NCBI GenBank assembly: GCA_000004985.1
Contig: GG738875.1
Direction: 5' to 3' (one strand)
Length of the DNA: 64,000 bases
Source of the DNA: Naegleria gruberi
Lineage: Eukaryota
Shown here: positions 32,486 to 43,145 of the stretch, one piece after another
Position numbering within the stretch: the stretch's first letter is position 1
Layout of the letters: each line of letters opens with the position of its first letter
Position numbers and translations under genes: made by a program
The notes under the pieces: generated by a model
What the model was told of the DNA's origin: nothing
What the model saw: only the letters and a program-made list of their open reading frames with translations
Databases searched by the model: none

Positions 32486-33595
32486 TTGCTTTCAAAAAAA
32501 CAAAAAAAAATGTCCCAATTATCGATTAGAACTACATCCTATCATTTGCCAAATCTAAATGATGATGAGCAATCATTTAAATTACAATTATTTTCAAGTG
32601 CAGAACAATTCTGGGATTACACCTCTTCCTATCTGATGGAATTTCCAGCAGAGAATAATCTCGTGTTGGGAATTATAAAATCTTGCATTGAAACTCCGAA
32701 TCGATTTTCTTCCGATAAGAGGTTCTTGATGAGTATTGAAGATTTGGAGGGAAATATTCAGATGGTAATTGTGTGGACTATTCCATTCTTGATTCTGACA
32801 AGTTATTCGAAAGAGATGGAGAAGAGAAGGGTAATATTGAAGAGTTTGATTGGATTCTTTTTGAGAAATGATTACGAAACTTTGAGAATTGAAGGAGAAT
32901 TTAAAGCAGTAGAAGAAATGATTTCGACTTATGGAAGGAAATGTAATGGAATTTTATCAGATGATGAAGAATCTGAATGGTTTATTCAAGAATATTGTAA
33001 AGAAAGAGAACTGCTTTATCCTAATCAAAAATTGAATGTTATTCGAAATATTGGAATGACAACCTATCGATTGAGTTTGCAAGATTTAACACCTCTTAAA
33101 AGAGATTATCAAGATTTAGAATTTCACATTCTAGATTTACACGAAACTAATCGTGTAGAGGAATATCTTGATAGATTACAGGAATTTTACAAAACTGTCT
33201 TTCCAGAAAAGGAACAAAACAGTAGAGAATATATCATGGAGTTTATTCTTAGTAGAACTGCTTCCCGCCAAAATGCTTACTATTGCATTCGAAAGGAAAA
33301 TCCATCCAAAATGATTGCCATCAGTATGGCCAATCCACTTCCTCAATCAGCCAGAGTTTCATGTGTAATGAGTATTCCAGACGAAAGAGGAAAGGGAATT
33401 GGAAGTTACATTGTGCATCAAATGGCCAAAGATTTACTTGTTGAAAAACCCAAATTGACTGGAGAGCCATGTCAATGTTTGTTCTTGTTTGCTGACTTGT
33501 CCAATCCATCGGCAATTCATTTGTATGAAGGAGCAGGATTTAAGGGTGTTAGAAATGTGTGCGAATTGGAAATTAAATATCAGGATGAGGAATAA
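32486..33595 (+). CDS. Protein with C-terminal GNAT-type N-acetyltransferase fold (369 aa)
   Basis: The C-terminal ~120 aa carry acetyl-CoA-binding-like signature (RGKGIGSYIVHQMAKDLL ... LFLFADLSNPSAIHLYEGAGFKGV). The N-terminal region is unassigned. Confidence 0.45.
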   Translation: MLSKKQKKMSQLSIRTTSYHLPNLNDDEQSFKLQLFSSAEQFWDYTSSYLMEFPAENNLVLGIIKSCIETPNRFSSDKRFLMSIEDLEGNIQMVIVWTIPFLILTSYSKEMEKRRVILKSLIGFFLRNDYETLRIEGEFKAVEEMISTYGRKCNGILSDDEESEWFIQEYCKERELLYPNQKLNVIRNIGMTTYRLSLQDLTPLKRDYQDLEFHILDLHETNRVEEYLDRLQEFYKTVFPEKEQNSREYIMEFILSRTASRQNAYYCIRKENPSKMIAISMANPLPQSARVSCVMSIPDERGKGIGSYIVHQMAKDLLVEKPKLTGEPCQCLFLFADLSNPSAIHLYEGAGFKGVRNVCELEIKYQDEE

Positions 33596-33596
33596 T

Positions 33597-34424
33597 TTAT
33601 TCCTTATCTGTTATTCCTAAAATTAAATAAATTGGTTTTGAAACTGTTTGATTATTGGTTATTGTAAATTCACACAAGATTAATTTATCCCACATGGTCC
33701 TATTGAAGAAATGTTTCAAATCCTTGTTTGGTTGATTTCTATTGATCCAACGAGTCCAATTTCCTTCTAGTTCTGTTTCCAAATCACTTTCCAATAAGGA
33801 ATCCATCATGTACAAGTCAATCATGTGAGCTTGTTCTAATTTGACAAGAGAATCCTTATTTCCAACACGATTGACAATAAATTTCTTCATTGAGTCAATG
33901 CTCTCACGTGCCCAATCGAGAGCAAGTGAATTCTCAGCCCTTTCCACATATGCTCCACCAAATATTGACCATTCAGTTAGTACCTCTACAAATGCCTCTT
34001 CACTCATTGCTTTTCTATAGATTATTTGCTCGATTTCTTCCTCCTCTTGTGGCTTCTTCAACAGACTCCTCTCTAAATGTTTCTCAATCATTGGATGTTT
34101 GTTAAATAAAAGAGATAACAATCCGAGTGGCAATTCAACTCTTTCCTGTTCATTATCATATAGACAAATAAAGGCCTCTCCATTCGACTGCTCAATAGCA
34201 TGATTAAAAAACCCTAGACAAGGTTTAATCAAAGATGTTTCCAAATCAAATCCATCGACCTTTTCCTTGAATGTTAAATTAAAATTCCTTCTTTTAGTAT
34301 TATTTAACAGTGATGATGAATATCGACTCATCAAGAAGGATGACGCCGATTTTAATTTCCTTCCGTATGATGGGAGAATTTGCTGTGATGATTTCCAACA
34401 GTATTGTGTGAACATTTTTTTCAA
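33597..34424 (-). CDS. Hypothetical protein (275 aa)
   Basis: Complete ORF with no recognised domain. Converges on the previous gene, with the two stop codons 1 nt apart. Confidence 0.4.
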   Translation of the reverse strand: MKKMFTQYCWKSSQQILPSYGRKLKSASSFLMSRYSSSLLNNTKRRNFNLTFKEKVDGFDLETSLIKPCLGFFNHAIEQSNGEAFICLYDNEQERVELPLGLLSLLFNKHPMIEKHLERSLLKKPQEEEEIEQIIYRKAMSEEAFVEVLTEWSIFGGAYVERAENSLALDWARESIDSMKKFIVNRVGNKDSLVKLEQAHMIDLYMMDSLLESDLETELEGNWTRWINRNQPNKDLKHFFNRTMWDKLILCEFTITNNQTVSKPIYLILGITDKE

Positions 34425-34476
34425 TTTTGAAAATTAAAAATTGTTAAATATTATTTAAAATAATATTATTAATACA

Positions 34477-37400
34477 TTAATAGTTTACAGCAGGTTTTGT
34501 TCTAGGTTCGTAATCTAAGGAGAGCTTGTAAAGTTTGTCTTCGTCCATATTGTGAATATTCTTGAGTCTTTCTTGTAGCTCTGGAACATTTTGGAGGGAG
34601 TATGGAGTTTGTTGATAGGTTTGGATGTCTCTGATGAGCATGGCAAGTTTTCTTCTCTTGATGAAATTAATCTTATCATTGAGAACGTTTGGATTACCAT
34701 CTTCGATAAATGTCAAATCAGTGAGAAAGACTCCAATGTATGGTATACATGGTGGTTTAACATAGAGAATGGCATGTCTGATAGCTCTAAAGTTATTGTC
34801 ACCACTAATGATGGCCAGTAATTCTTCATGATCTCTTCTACTTTCGCTCTTGAGTGCTTCCCATGTCTTTTTAAGTCTGTGAACTGCAGAATTTTGTAAA
34901 CCACTGACAATTTCAAAAACAGCATTGAAATTATTCAATTTTCTACACTCTTCAGCAATTTGAATCATCTTGGTGAGGATTGTCTTTCTTTCTTTAAGAC
35001 TTGGTTCGCTCAAAATCTTGGTTGCAACCCATCTACTGACACGATTGAACCAAGTAATCATTTGGAAGATGTTATAGGCCTTTTCCTCTCTTGACTCCTT
35101 ATTCCATGATTGATTCAAACATTCCTTTGGTCTAATTGATTTAAACATGTTATATTCAATGAGAGTTATTTGTCTAGCAATTTCAGCACTTGGCCATTCT
35201 AGAATATCAAACTTGGTCAAATCATCCTTTCCTGGTCTATATTTTTTAGGAAACTTGACAGCTGTCTCAATCTTTACGAAAACCTCGACATTGTTTGTGG
35301 TAAGAGATTGTTGTCTCTTAATAGAATTCAATAATTGGGTAGCAAAGTGTTTTCCTTGAGTATTTTCCATAACGGTACTCAATTTTTTAACCTTTTCTAA
35401 TAATTCGGCATCATTTTCAAAGTCATGATAGTGATTTTCAAGCCAGAATTTGATTACTTGGGTAACTCTGAGTCTGACTTGTTGTAAAACTTCTTCTTGC
35501 CACTTGGCAAACTCATTCTTTGTAATGGTTTTTGGATTTGGTGGAGGGAGATTATATCTGGAAAAAAGTCTATCCATCAAGTCATGTGGACTTGTGAAAG
35601 ATCGGTAAGTGAGCAAGAAGGCATACAAATAGGCATTATCATAATTTTTGTAAAAAGTTACACGTTCAATGAGCTTGTCCAAGGTTGCACACTTGATTTC
35701 CATGGCTTGATCAGATTCTTCATCTGTAGATTCCATCCACATGATATTTTCTGGTGAATCCTCTTCATATTTTTGATTGGTTTGAGTAAAGTCATAGTCG
35801 TAGTAGTCTTTTGGATCCTTTTCTTTTTGGCTTTCTTCCTTTGGAATTTGAGTGACACTCATGCTCATGGCATTTGATGCTGGTTTGGAAAATTGAGCTT
35901 GGAATTTAACAAAATTGAAAATAAAGAATTGGAAATCCAAATCAAAGTGATGTTTCAAAATTTTTGATTCTTCTTCGGATGTTACAATAAAACGAATATC
36001 TAACAATGTAGATGAAAGACGATTCTCAATGCAATGTTCAAATGTTGATCTGAAAAAACATCTGGCAGCTGCCACCCATTGACTCTTCAAAAGACCGTAT
36101 TGTGGAACAATCTTTTGGCCATTATGAGCTAAAAATGGTGCAAATGCAATAGATTGACATTCGAGAGTATCAACACATTCCAAAGCATTTCTTACAGCAT
36201 TACTAAGGGAGTGATAAAATTTGGTTTTGGTCAACTCGTTAGAATCCAAATTCACGCCATCCAAATCAGTGGAATTCTTTGATGGAATAACATGTAAAGA
36301 TGAGCTGCCAGTAAAGAGATGGATCAAATGACATTGTCCATTAGTACGATTTGGCATTGAGAAAGTACTGCAAAAGACTTCTCCCTCATTGAGTCCACGG
36401 GAGGCCTTTTCTTTTTGAATATATTCCTTACATTGTTGAATAATATCCTTGGAAAAGGTTTCAGTTGCATATTTGGCAGCACCATTAGCCTCTCCTTCAC
36501 AACTCAATTTAGAGTCATTACCAACAACAAATCCTTGAACAAGCTCAGAAAACAAGTCATCCATTTGAATGAGTGATACTCTGGCACCTTTAGTTACTCT
36601 CTTTCCATTGGATGATGACTGTTGAGATTTGTTGAAAATTGGATTGACAGGATATTCAATGATCAGTTTGCCGTTTGTTGTCTTATCCTTTTCTCTGATT
36701 GATTGTACTGTTGTTGTTGCTGCTGTTGTGGAAGATGAAGAAGAAACACTATCCACAGATAAATTTGATGATTTCTTCTCAATTGTATTTGTGAGGGATG
36801 AAGATGAATTGGTCTTGTTGAGAATTAGAGGAGATTCCTTTCTGAATACTGATGGAAGTCTCTTCTTTCTTTCTCTTGCATTTACCAATAACTTGTCAAC
36901 ATCCAAATGATCATTAACAGTCGATGAATCATTCGAGGATAGATCATCATTTGAAGCAGTCAATCCAGGAAGTTTGAAACTTGATCCACTCGAAAGTGTT
37001 GTACTCGATTCAGAATCTGTATCTTCTTCAGTATCACTGGAAACTAGTGTCTCTTCGTTTTTCTGTTAAGAGAGAATTTTTTAACACATTGTTATTAAAA
37101 TTGAAATAGGATGTTTTTTTAACTAACCTTTGTTTTTCCTAATTGAGAAATGTTATGTTCCTGTATTTTCTCATACTTTTTCACAAGTGAATCAATTTTA
37201 GAATCGTGATGGGAAAGTTGTGTATTCTTTGGATTTGATTTGACAAGTTTTTGAAGTTGTTGATTCTCTTGTTCTAACAACTGATTTTTGTATTCTAATT
37301 GTTGCTTCTCCTTTGTCACGATAAATAATTGTGTTTGTAAAATGTTAATTTTCTCGACCATTTCCTGAACTGACATTTGACTTCCAGATGTTATTGTTTT

Positions 37401-37658
37401 TAAATTGTTACTTGGTTTTGAAGTCAGAATTGATTCTGCTGATCCTGATGCCGATGTAGCATTATTTGTTGTTGTCTTTGGTCCACTGATTTTAAAACTT
37501 TGTGAAGTTGTTGGTGTTTGATTATTACCTCCCGTTAATGTTTTAAAGAATGTTGATTTGAGTGAAGAAGATATGGAAGGAGAGGTTGATGATGATGTGG
37601 TTGGTATGGGAGAGTTGTTGGAGGACGAAGGAGAAGGCTGTGTTGGCCGAAATGACAT
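34477..37658 (-). CDS. Ras guanine-nucleotide exchange factor (RasGEF_N + CDC25-homology domain) with long Ser/Thr-rich coiled-coil N-terminus; join(34477..37062,37128..37658), intron 65 nt (GTTAGT..AG)
   Basis: The listed ORF 37119..37658 joins in frame to the 34477..36963 ORF through the upstream open frame. The RasGEF N-terminal motif (LIERVTFYKNYDNAYLYAFLLTYRSFTSP) and catalytic-domain blocks (EIARQITLIEYNMFKSI...NFNAVFEIVSGLQNSAV...PCIPYIGVFLTDLTFIEDGNP) are present. Confidence 0.65.
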
Positions 37659-38006
37659 TTTTTGATGATTTTTAAAACTTGACAGGTGTTAATTAAATGA
37701 CATAAAACGAGTGAGGATAGAGGGCTCAATAAATCATAAGCTTTTCGACCGAATCATTTCAAGTAACTACAATGCCGCCAACTCTTTGATTGACTGGAAC
37801 GTAGTTACGGTAAGCAATGATTCGTTAAACAAAATCTTTAAAGAGTTTTACAAAGATCAAATGCAAAGGCAGGTTTAAAAAACTGTAATTGTCATCAAGG
37901 TTTGCCTCATCACAATTCCGACCAAATATCAACCCAAGTCAATTGTCATTCTACCATAAAACCTTTTCCGATCGTGATTGATTATTATTATTAAAATACA
38001 AAAAAA

Positions 38007-38501
38007 ATGTCTGATCTGTTTTCTTTAACAAAATCATCCTCATTAATACAACCATCGTCATCGGGAAGGAAAATGTTCAAAGCCTCTCTGTTAGCCTTCA
38101 TGATGATTGTTGCTCTTTTTTGTTTGATAATTTTTACCGCCAATTCTGTAAATTCACAAGAAGAAAAAAGTAGCACAACACCTTCTGCTGCTGGCAATGT
38201 AAAAAGTGGTATTGTTGTGGAGGAAATTGGTGAGAGTCCATTGTTGAAGGAGAAACCAGTCGGAACACCTAATGTTGCTTCTGTTGATGGAAAATCGACA
38301 GATATTCCAGTCTTGGGAGAGGATGAAGATGATGATTTTGAGGATTATGATCCTGATGATTTTGCAGTTTTGGGTAATGAATGGTTGTTGAAGGAAATTA
38401 AGGAAATTGAGGAACAAATTCAAACAGTTTCATCAGATGATGAAGATGTGGGAGATGTTACTGCTAAATCACCTGAAGCTAATGCTACACAATCTATTTA
38501 A
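38007..38501 (+). CDS. Hypothetical small acidic protein with N-terminal TM/signal-anchor segment (164 aa)
   Basis: ORF with hydrophobic stretch FMMIVALFCLIIF followed by an Asp/Glu-rich tail. Confidence 0.3.
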   Translation: MSDLFSLTKSSSLIQPSSSGRKMFKASLLAFMMIVALFCLIIFTANSVNSQEEKSSTTPSAAGNVKSGIVVEEIGESPLLKEKPVGTPNVASVDGKSTDIPVLGEDEDDDFEDYDPDDFAVLGNEWLLKEIKEIEEQIQTVSSDDEDVGDVTAKSPEANATQSI

Positions 38502-39168
38502 TTGGAATTAATTGGTTCTATTGATAAATAATTATTGTAAAAATGTAATACTAATTATTAAATTAAAATTTAAATTACAAATTTAATCTTTTTATGAGAT
38601 GCTTCTTTTGATTCACAATACAAAAAGATGATAAAGATAATAGCATGACATCATCGTTCTCTCTTGTATTCATGAACATGTTGTAATTGAACATAAGAAG
38701 CCATTCCACTCTTCAATTTCGAATACAATCCTTCAACCAAAATATTTTTCACACATTAGCCATCTCTCAGCTACCCTTGCAGCAGGATATTCATTTAAAA
38801 ATAGATATCTTTACCTGCTCGGAATGCAAGGAAAAAGTCTATTGTAATAAATTATTGCAAGTCATCACCCAAGCATAAATGAGCAGCTGAAGAAGGTTCT
38901 TGTGGTGTGAAAACACAACATTCGCGTTGAAGCGCCCAAAAATAAGTTGGAGAAAAAATCAACAAACAACGCTAGCGCAATTTCCTTCAAGCCACAAACA
39001 AGCAGCAAAGCTCGCATTTGACTCTCGTTTTTTTATTGAACAAGTCATCATCATCATTTTGTGGTCATTGGCAAAGAATTTGAAGAAGATTGAAACCTCC
39101 TATAATCCATCATCATCTAAATCATCATCATTAATTTCTCTCCCCTTTTTTAAAACTAAATAACAACA

Positions 39169-41328
39169 ATGAGCGAAAACTTTTGGGAACAACGTAAACT
39201 CGAAATTGAGCAAACTAGGCAAGCTGAACTCGAAAAGAAGGCTGCTGAACAAAAGGAAAAGAAGAAGAGTCAAGTAGTAGAAAAAACTGAAAAGAAGAAG
39301 GAAAAGCAACCAAAGAAGGTTGAACAACAAAAGGAACAAACCCAACAACAACCAAACGGTGCTGCTGCTGCTTCTGAACAAAAAGAAAAGAAAAAGAAGA
39401 ACTTTAAAAAGAACAAGGAAGCCTCTCAACCATCAACTTCCCAACCAGCCACTACTGAAGCTTCTGCTCAAGATGATTTCCAAACTGTAGAAAGAAAGAC
39501 TGGTGGAAGAAGACAATTCCGTGGTGCTAACAAGAGAAGTAACAATAAGAAGAAGGAAAATGGCGAAAAGAAGAAGGAAAATAAGGAAAATAAGGAACAA
39601 CAACCAAAGAAGGAAGAAAAGACAACAACTGAACAAGGACAACAACAAGTTGTTGTTCAACCTGTTCAAATTAAGGTCTTTTCTACCACTGAATCAACAC
39701 CTGTTCAAGGTTCTGACTCTTGGGTTTCTCTCTTGAGAGGTAATCAACCAGAAAGTACCTCCACTACTCAACAACAACAACCAACTTCTAATGGTGCTGC
39801 TACTTCTACCAAGAAGAGTAAGCCAAAATCCGAAAAGAAGACTGTTGTTGCCAAGCCAGTTACTGCTGAAAAGACAACAACTGAAGCAAAGAACAAGCCA
39901 CAAAAGAATTATGAATCCGGAAAGAACTTGTTGAGATCAACTGAAGTTGAAGTTGATCAAGCATTGTTGGACGAAGTTGGTGTTTTTATTCAACCAAGAG
40001 GAATGACCAATATTAACAATTCTTGTTATATGAATGCTGTTTTGCAAACTTTGGTCTCCCTTCCACAATTCTATCATGTAATGAAGAGACTCGGAAAGAT
40101 TTCTCTCGACAATGAAGAATATCCACTTACCAACAAGTTTGTCCGTTTGGTTAACGAATATCAAACCATGAAGACTCACCGTCCACAAAGTGGAAAGGAA
40201 GGTGAAAAGAAAGATAGAAAATACTTTATCAATGCTTCTACTGAACATTTAGTTCCAAGTTATATTGTTGATTATATTCAACAATCATCAACCAACTTGG
40301 AAGATGCCTTCCTCTTGGGTACTCAACATGATGCTCACGAATTCTTGAATCACATCTTGCAAAGACTTCACGAAGAATTGAAGAAGACTGAAGCTACTTT
40401 GGGTAGAAAGTCTCCTTCTGCTTCAAAGAAGAAGAGCAATAAGAAGCAAGAAGCAACTTCTGAACAAGCAGAACAACCATCCACTGAAACTACCAGTGAA
40501 GAATGGAAGGAAGTTGGAAAGAAGAATAAGGCCAATCCAATGCGTGAACATGAAATGGGTGATAGCAGTGTTATTGCTCGTACTTTCGCTGGTAAGATGA
40601 AGAGCTTTGTTCAAAAGCAAGGTGAAAGCAAGGGAAGTTCTGTTGTTGAACCATTCTTTAGCTTGCATTTGCCAATCAAGGATGAAAACATCAAGGGTGT
40701 TAAATTCGCCTTGAGAGAAATGACCAAGGAAGAAAATGTTAGTGATAAGAATGCCAAGTCTTCTATTTATCAACTTCCAAAGGTTCTCCTCTTACATTTG
40801 AGAAGATTCGACTTTTCTTCAACTGAAGGAGTTCAAAAGATTTCTAAGCGTATTAGATTTGATTATGAATTGAATATTGACGAAAAGGTTGTTCCAAACG
40901 TCAAGGCCATTTCTGGAAGACCAAGTTTGAAATATAGACTTGCTAGTGTCATTTGTCATCATGGAAAGGATGCTACTAGTGGACATTATAGTACTTATAT
41001 TCAACATGGATGCGGAAAGTGGATTCATATTGATGATACTAAGGTAACTGTTGTTAGTTTGCAACATGTTCTAGATCAACAAGCTTACATTTTGACCTAT
41101 GTTCAAGATGATAACCAAGAACACTATAAATTATACTCGGAAGGAAGCTCATCGTCTCCTTTGTTCAGTGAATCAAGTGAACAAAATGGTGAAAAGAAGA
41201 AGGACCACAAGAAGAAGGATAAGAAGGACAAGAAGGAAAAGAAATCTAAACCTGCCACAACTACTACCACTACTACTACTACCCCAACTACTACCGAGAC
41301 AAAGACAGAAGCTAAGACCGATGTGTAG
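39169..41328 (+). CDS. Ubiquitin carboxyl-terminal hydrolase (USP/UBP family, peptidase C19), 719 aa, with Lys/Glu-rich N-terminus
   Basis: Cys box GMTNINNSCYMNAVLQTL. Central QQDAHEFLNHIL block. C-terminal His box (CHHGKDATSGHYSTYIQHGCGKWIHIDDTKV). Confidence 0.7.
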   Translation: MSENFWEQRKLEIEQTRQAELEKKAAEQKEKKKSQVVEKTEKKKEKQPKKVEQQKEQTQQQPNGAAAASEQKEKKKKNFKKNKEASQPSTSQPATTEASAQDDFQTVERKTGGRRQFRGANKRSNNKKKENGEKKKENKENKEQQPKKEEKTTTEQGQQQVVVQPVQIKVFSTTESTPVQGSDSWVSLLRGNQPESTSTTQQQQPTSNGAATSTKKSKPKSEKKTVVAKPVTAEKTTTEAKNKPQKNYESGKNLLRSTEVEVDQALLDEVGVFIQPRGMTNINNSCYMNAVLQTLVSLPQFYHVMKRLGKISLDNEEYPLTNKFVRLVNEYQTMKTHRPQSGKEGEKKDRKYFINASTEHLVPSYIVDYIQQSSTNLEDAFLLGTQHDAHEFLNHILQRLHEELKKTEATLGRKSPSASKKKSNKKQEATSEQAEQPSTETTSEEWKEVGKKNKANPMREHEMGDSSVIARTFAGKMKSFVQKQGESKGSSVVEPFFSLHLPIKDENIKGVKFALREMTKEENVSDKNAKSSIYQLPKVLLLHLRRFDFSSTEGVQKISKRIRFDYELNIDEKVVPNVKAISGRPSLKYRLASVICHHGKDATSGHYSTYIQHGCGKWIHIDDTKVTVVSLQHVLDQQAYILTYVQDDNQEHYKLYSEGSSSSPLFSESSEQNGEKKKDHKKKDKKDKKEKKSKPATTTTTTTTTPTTTETKTEAKTDV

Positions 41329-41514
41329 AGTTCTCATTTTGTACAAATACTACTATTATAATTCCCTACTTTATTTATAAAAACAATTTTGATTCTTTTT
41401 AAATGTATCTTATCACTACCAATAATATGATGTTATCCAAAAAAAGATATTAGCATGTTGATAAAGGAAAGTTAGGGTCATTGTCCTTGTGTTTCAGATT
41501 TTATGATTATGAAT

Positions 41515-41633
41515 GGCTACGGCCATATCACGATGAATGCACCTCATCCCGTCCGATTTGAGAAGTTAAGCATCGTCGAGCCACATCAGTACTGAGGTTG
41601 GAGACAACTTGGGAACCTGTGGTGCTGTAGTCT
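41515..41633 (+). rRNA. 5S ribosomal RNA gene (~119 nt), followed by a T-run Pol III terminator
   Basis: Matches the eukaryotic 5S consensus from memory: GGCTACGGCCATATC...CATCCCGTCCGAT..GAAGTTAAGC...GTACT.AGGTTGGAGA...GGGAAC...GGTGCTGTAGTCT, then TTTT. Confidence 0.8.
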
Positions 41634-41961
41634 TTTATCTTTTTACCAATATATTCTCTCTAAAGAATAAAAAAAAAGCAGAAGAAGCAGAGAGCAATGT
41701 ATTGACCATGTTTTCTGTTGTTTTTTTAACCTTTATTAACCCGTTATTTGTCTTTATTTGGACAATTCAAAACTTGGAATTCTTCACTGGTGAATTTGTT
41801 GAACTTTTTCATCCAATTTTTTACTTAATGCTTATAAAGAACTCACTTTGTCAATAAAGAATTAATGATAAGCAATTTTAAATTTTTCTGCAATTTTCCA
41901 TCACAATTATTGTAAACAAAGTTCATCTCCTGTTGTAAACTCATTAAAAAAATAGCTCAAC

Positions 41962-43044
41962 ATGGTCTTTTTTCGCATGCCACAATATCTCAAGCAACCG
42001 ACAAGGGAAGAGCGAACACCCATCAAGGCTAAAAAAGAAGGACGTTCACCACTCCAATTATCTAGTCCCACTTCATTATTCGAAAGTAATGGAGAGTTGT
42101 ATATTGTGGATAATTCTCAAGGAAAGGTTTATAAAACACTCCGAAATGGTCATGTAGTTGTGATTGCTGGAGGAGGAATGGAAACTAAAGATGGGAAGCC
42201 AGCACACGAGTCGAAATTGGAGGGACCTTTCGGGATTTGTATTTCGAAAGGAAATGAAGTGTTTATTAGTGAAAGAGAAGGAAATCGTATTAGAAAGATT
42301 GATAGATTTGGAAATATTTATACTGTGGCAGGAACTGGTGAGGCAGGTGATAATGAAGATGGAAATGCATTGGAATGTAAACTAAACGAACCTTGTGGAA
42401 TAATAATTAATGAACTAGATCAAATAATTTTTGCTGATAAAGAAAATGGAAAGATTAGAATGATACAATCGGATGGAAATATCAAGACATTACTATCGGA
42501 AACATATTACATTACTAATTTATGTCAAGATGAAAGTGGAATCATTTACTTTGCCACCAGATCAACAATTTCCAAACTATTCCCGAATGGAAATGTCGAA
42601 ACATGCGAAAGAAAGTTACAGAAACAAACTCCTGGCAAGATTTATCCATTCACTGATCTGCAATCTCATACACCATTCGATATCAAAATTAGAAATGGAA
42701 TTGTACATTATTCAGAAAGATTATTCTTGAGAAATTTTGATCCCATGAATGGAAATGATAATGTTCTAGCTAAATTGGATGCTGTTCAAAAACCATTAAC
42801 GAAAAAGATTCACAAGAAGAATTTTGTGGCAATTTGTCCGTCCAATGATGGAACTGTCTACATGTCAGATGATATGAGAGGAACTATTTGGAGACAAGGT
42901 CCACAACCTCATGTACTTAAAGAATTGATGGTAAAATGTGAAATACCTTTCAATTTTAAAGATTATCCACATATTGGACCTAGAAAGAGGATTGTAGAGA
43001 GATGTGAGAAATTTTCTGATGTTGTAATTTCATTTTCTAATTGA
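41962..43044 (+). CDS. NHL-repeat beta-propeller protein (360 aa)
   Basis: Repeated NHL-like units (LYIVDNSQGKVYK; VFISEREGNRIRKIDRFGNIYTVAGTG; IIFADKENGKIRMI). Confidence 0.5.
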   Translation: MVFFRMPQYLKQPTREERTPIKAKKEGRSPLQLSSPTSLFESNGELYIVDNSQGKVYKTLRNGHVVVIAGGGMETKDGKPAHESKLEGPFGICISKGNEVFISEREGNRIRKIDRFGNIYTVAGTGEAGDNEDGNALECKLNEPCGIIINELDQIIFADKENGKIRMIQSDGNIKTLLSETYYITNLCQDESGIIYFATRSTISKLFPNGNVETCERKLQKQTPGKIYPFTDLQSHTPFDIKIRNGIVHYSERLFLRNFDPMNGNDNVLAKLDAVQKPLTKKIHKKNFVAICPSNDGTVYMSDDMRGTIWRQGPQPHVLKELMVKCEIPFNFKDYPHIGPRKRIVERCEKFSDVVISFSN

Positions 43045-43145
43045 ATTAATATTTATTCGAAATGGAATTGAGAAACGATAAGGAAATTATTATCAAAGAA
43101 TTTCAGTTGGAGATGAATCTGATTAAATAAAAGAAATATAATATA

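Noticed and set aside
37119-37658. Stand-alone small Ser/Thr-rich coiled-coil gene upstream of the RasGEF
   Set aside because: It joins in frame to the RasGEF ORF through a 65-nt intron, and the stop at 37119 lies inside that intron. It is treated as exon 1 of the RasGEF gene.
41609-41857. 82-aa ORF immediately after the 5S rRNA gene
   Set aside because: It begins inside the 5S 3' end and terminator region, is hydrophobic low-complexity, and has no codon bias. It is unlikely to be coding.
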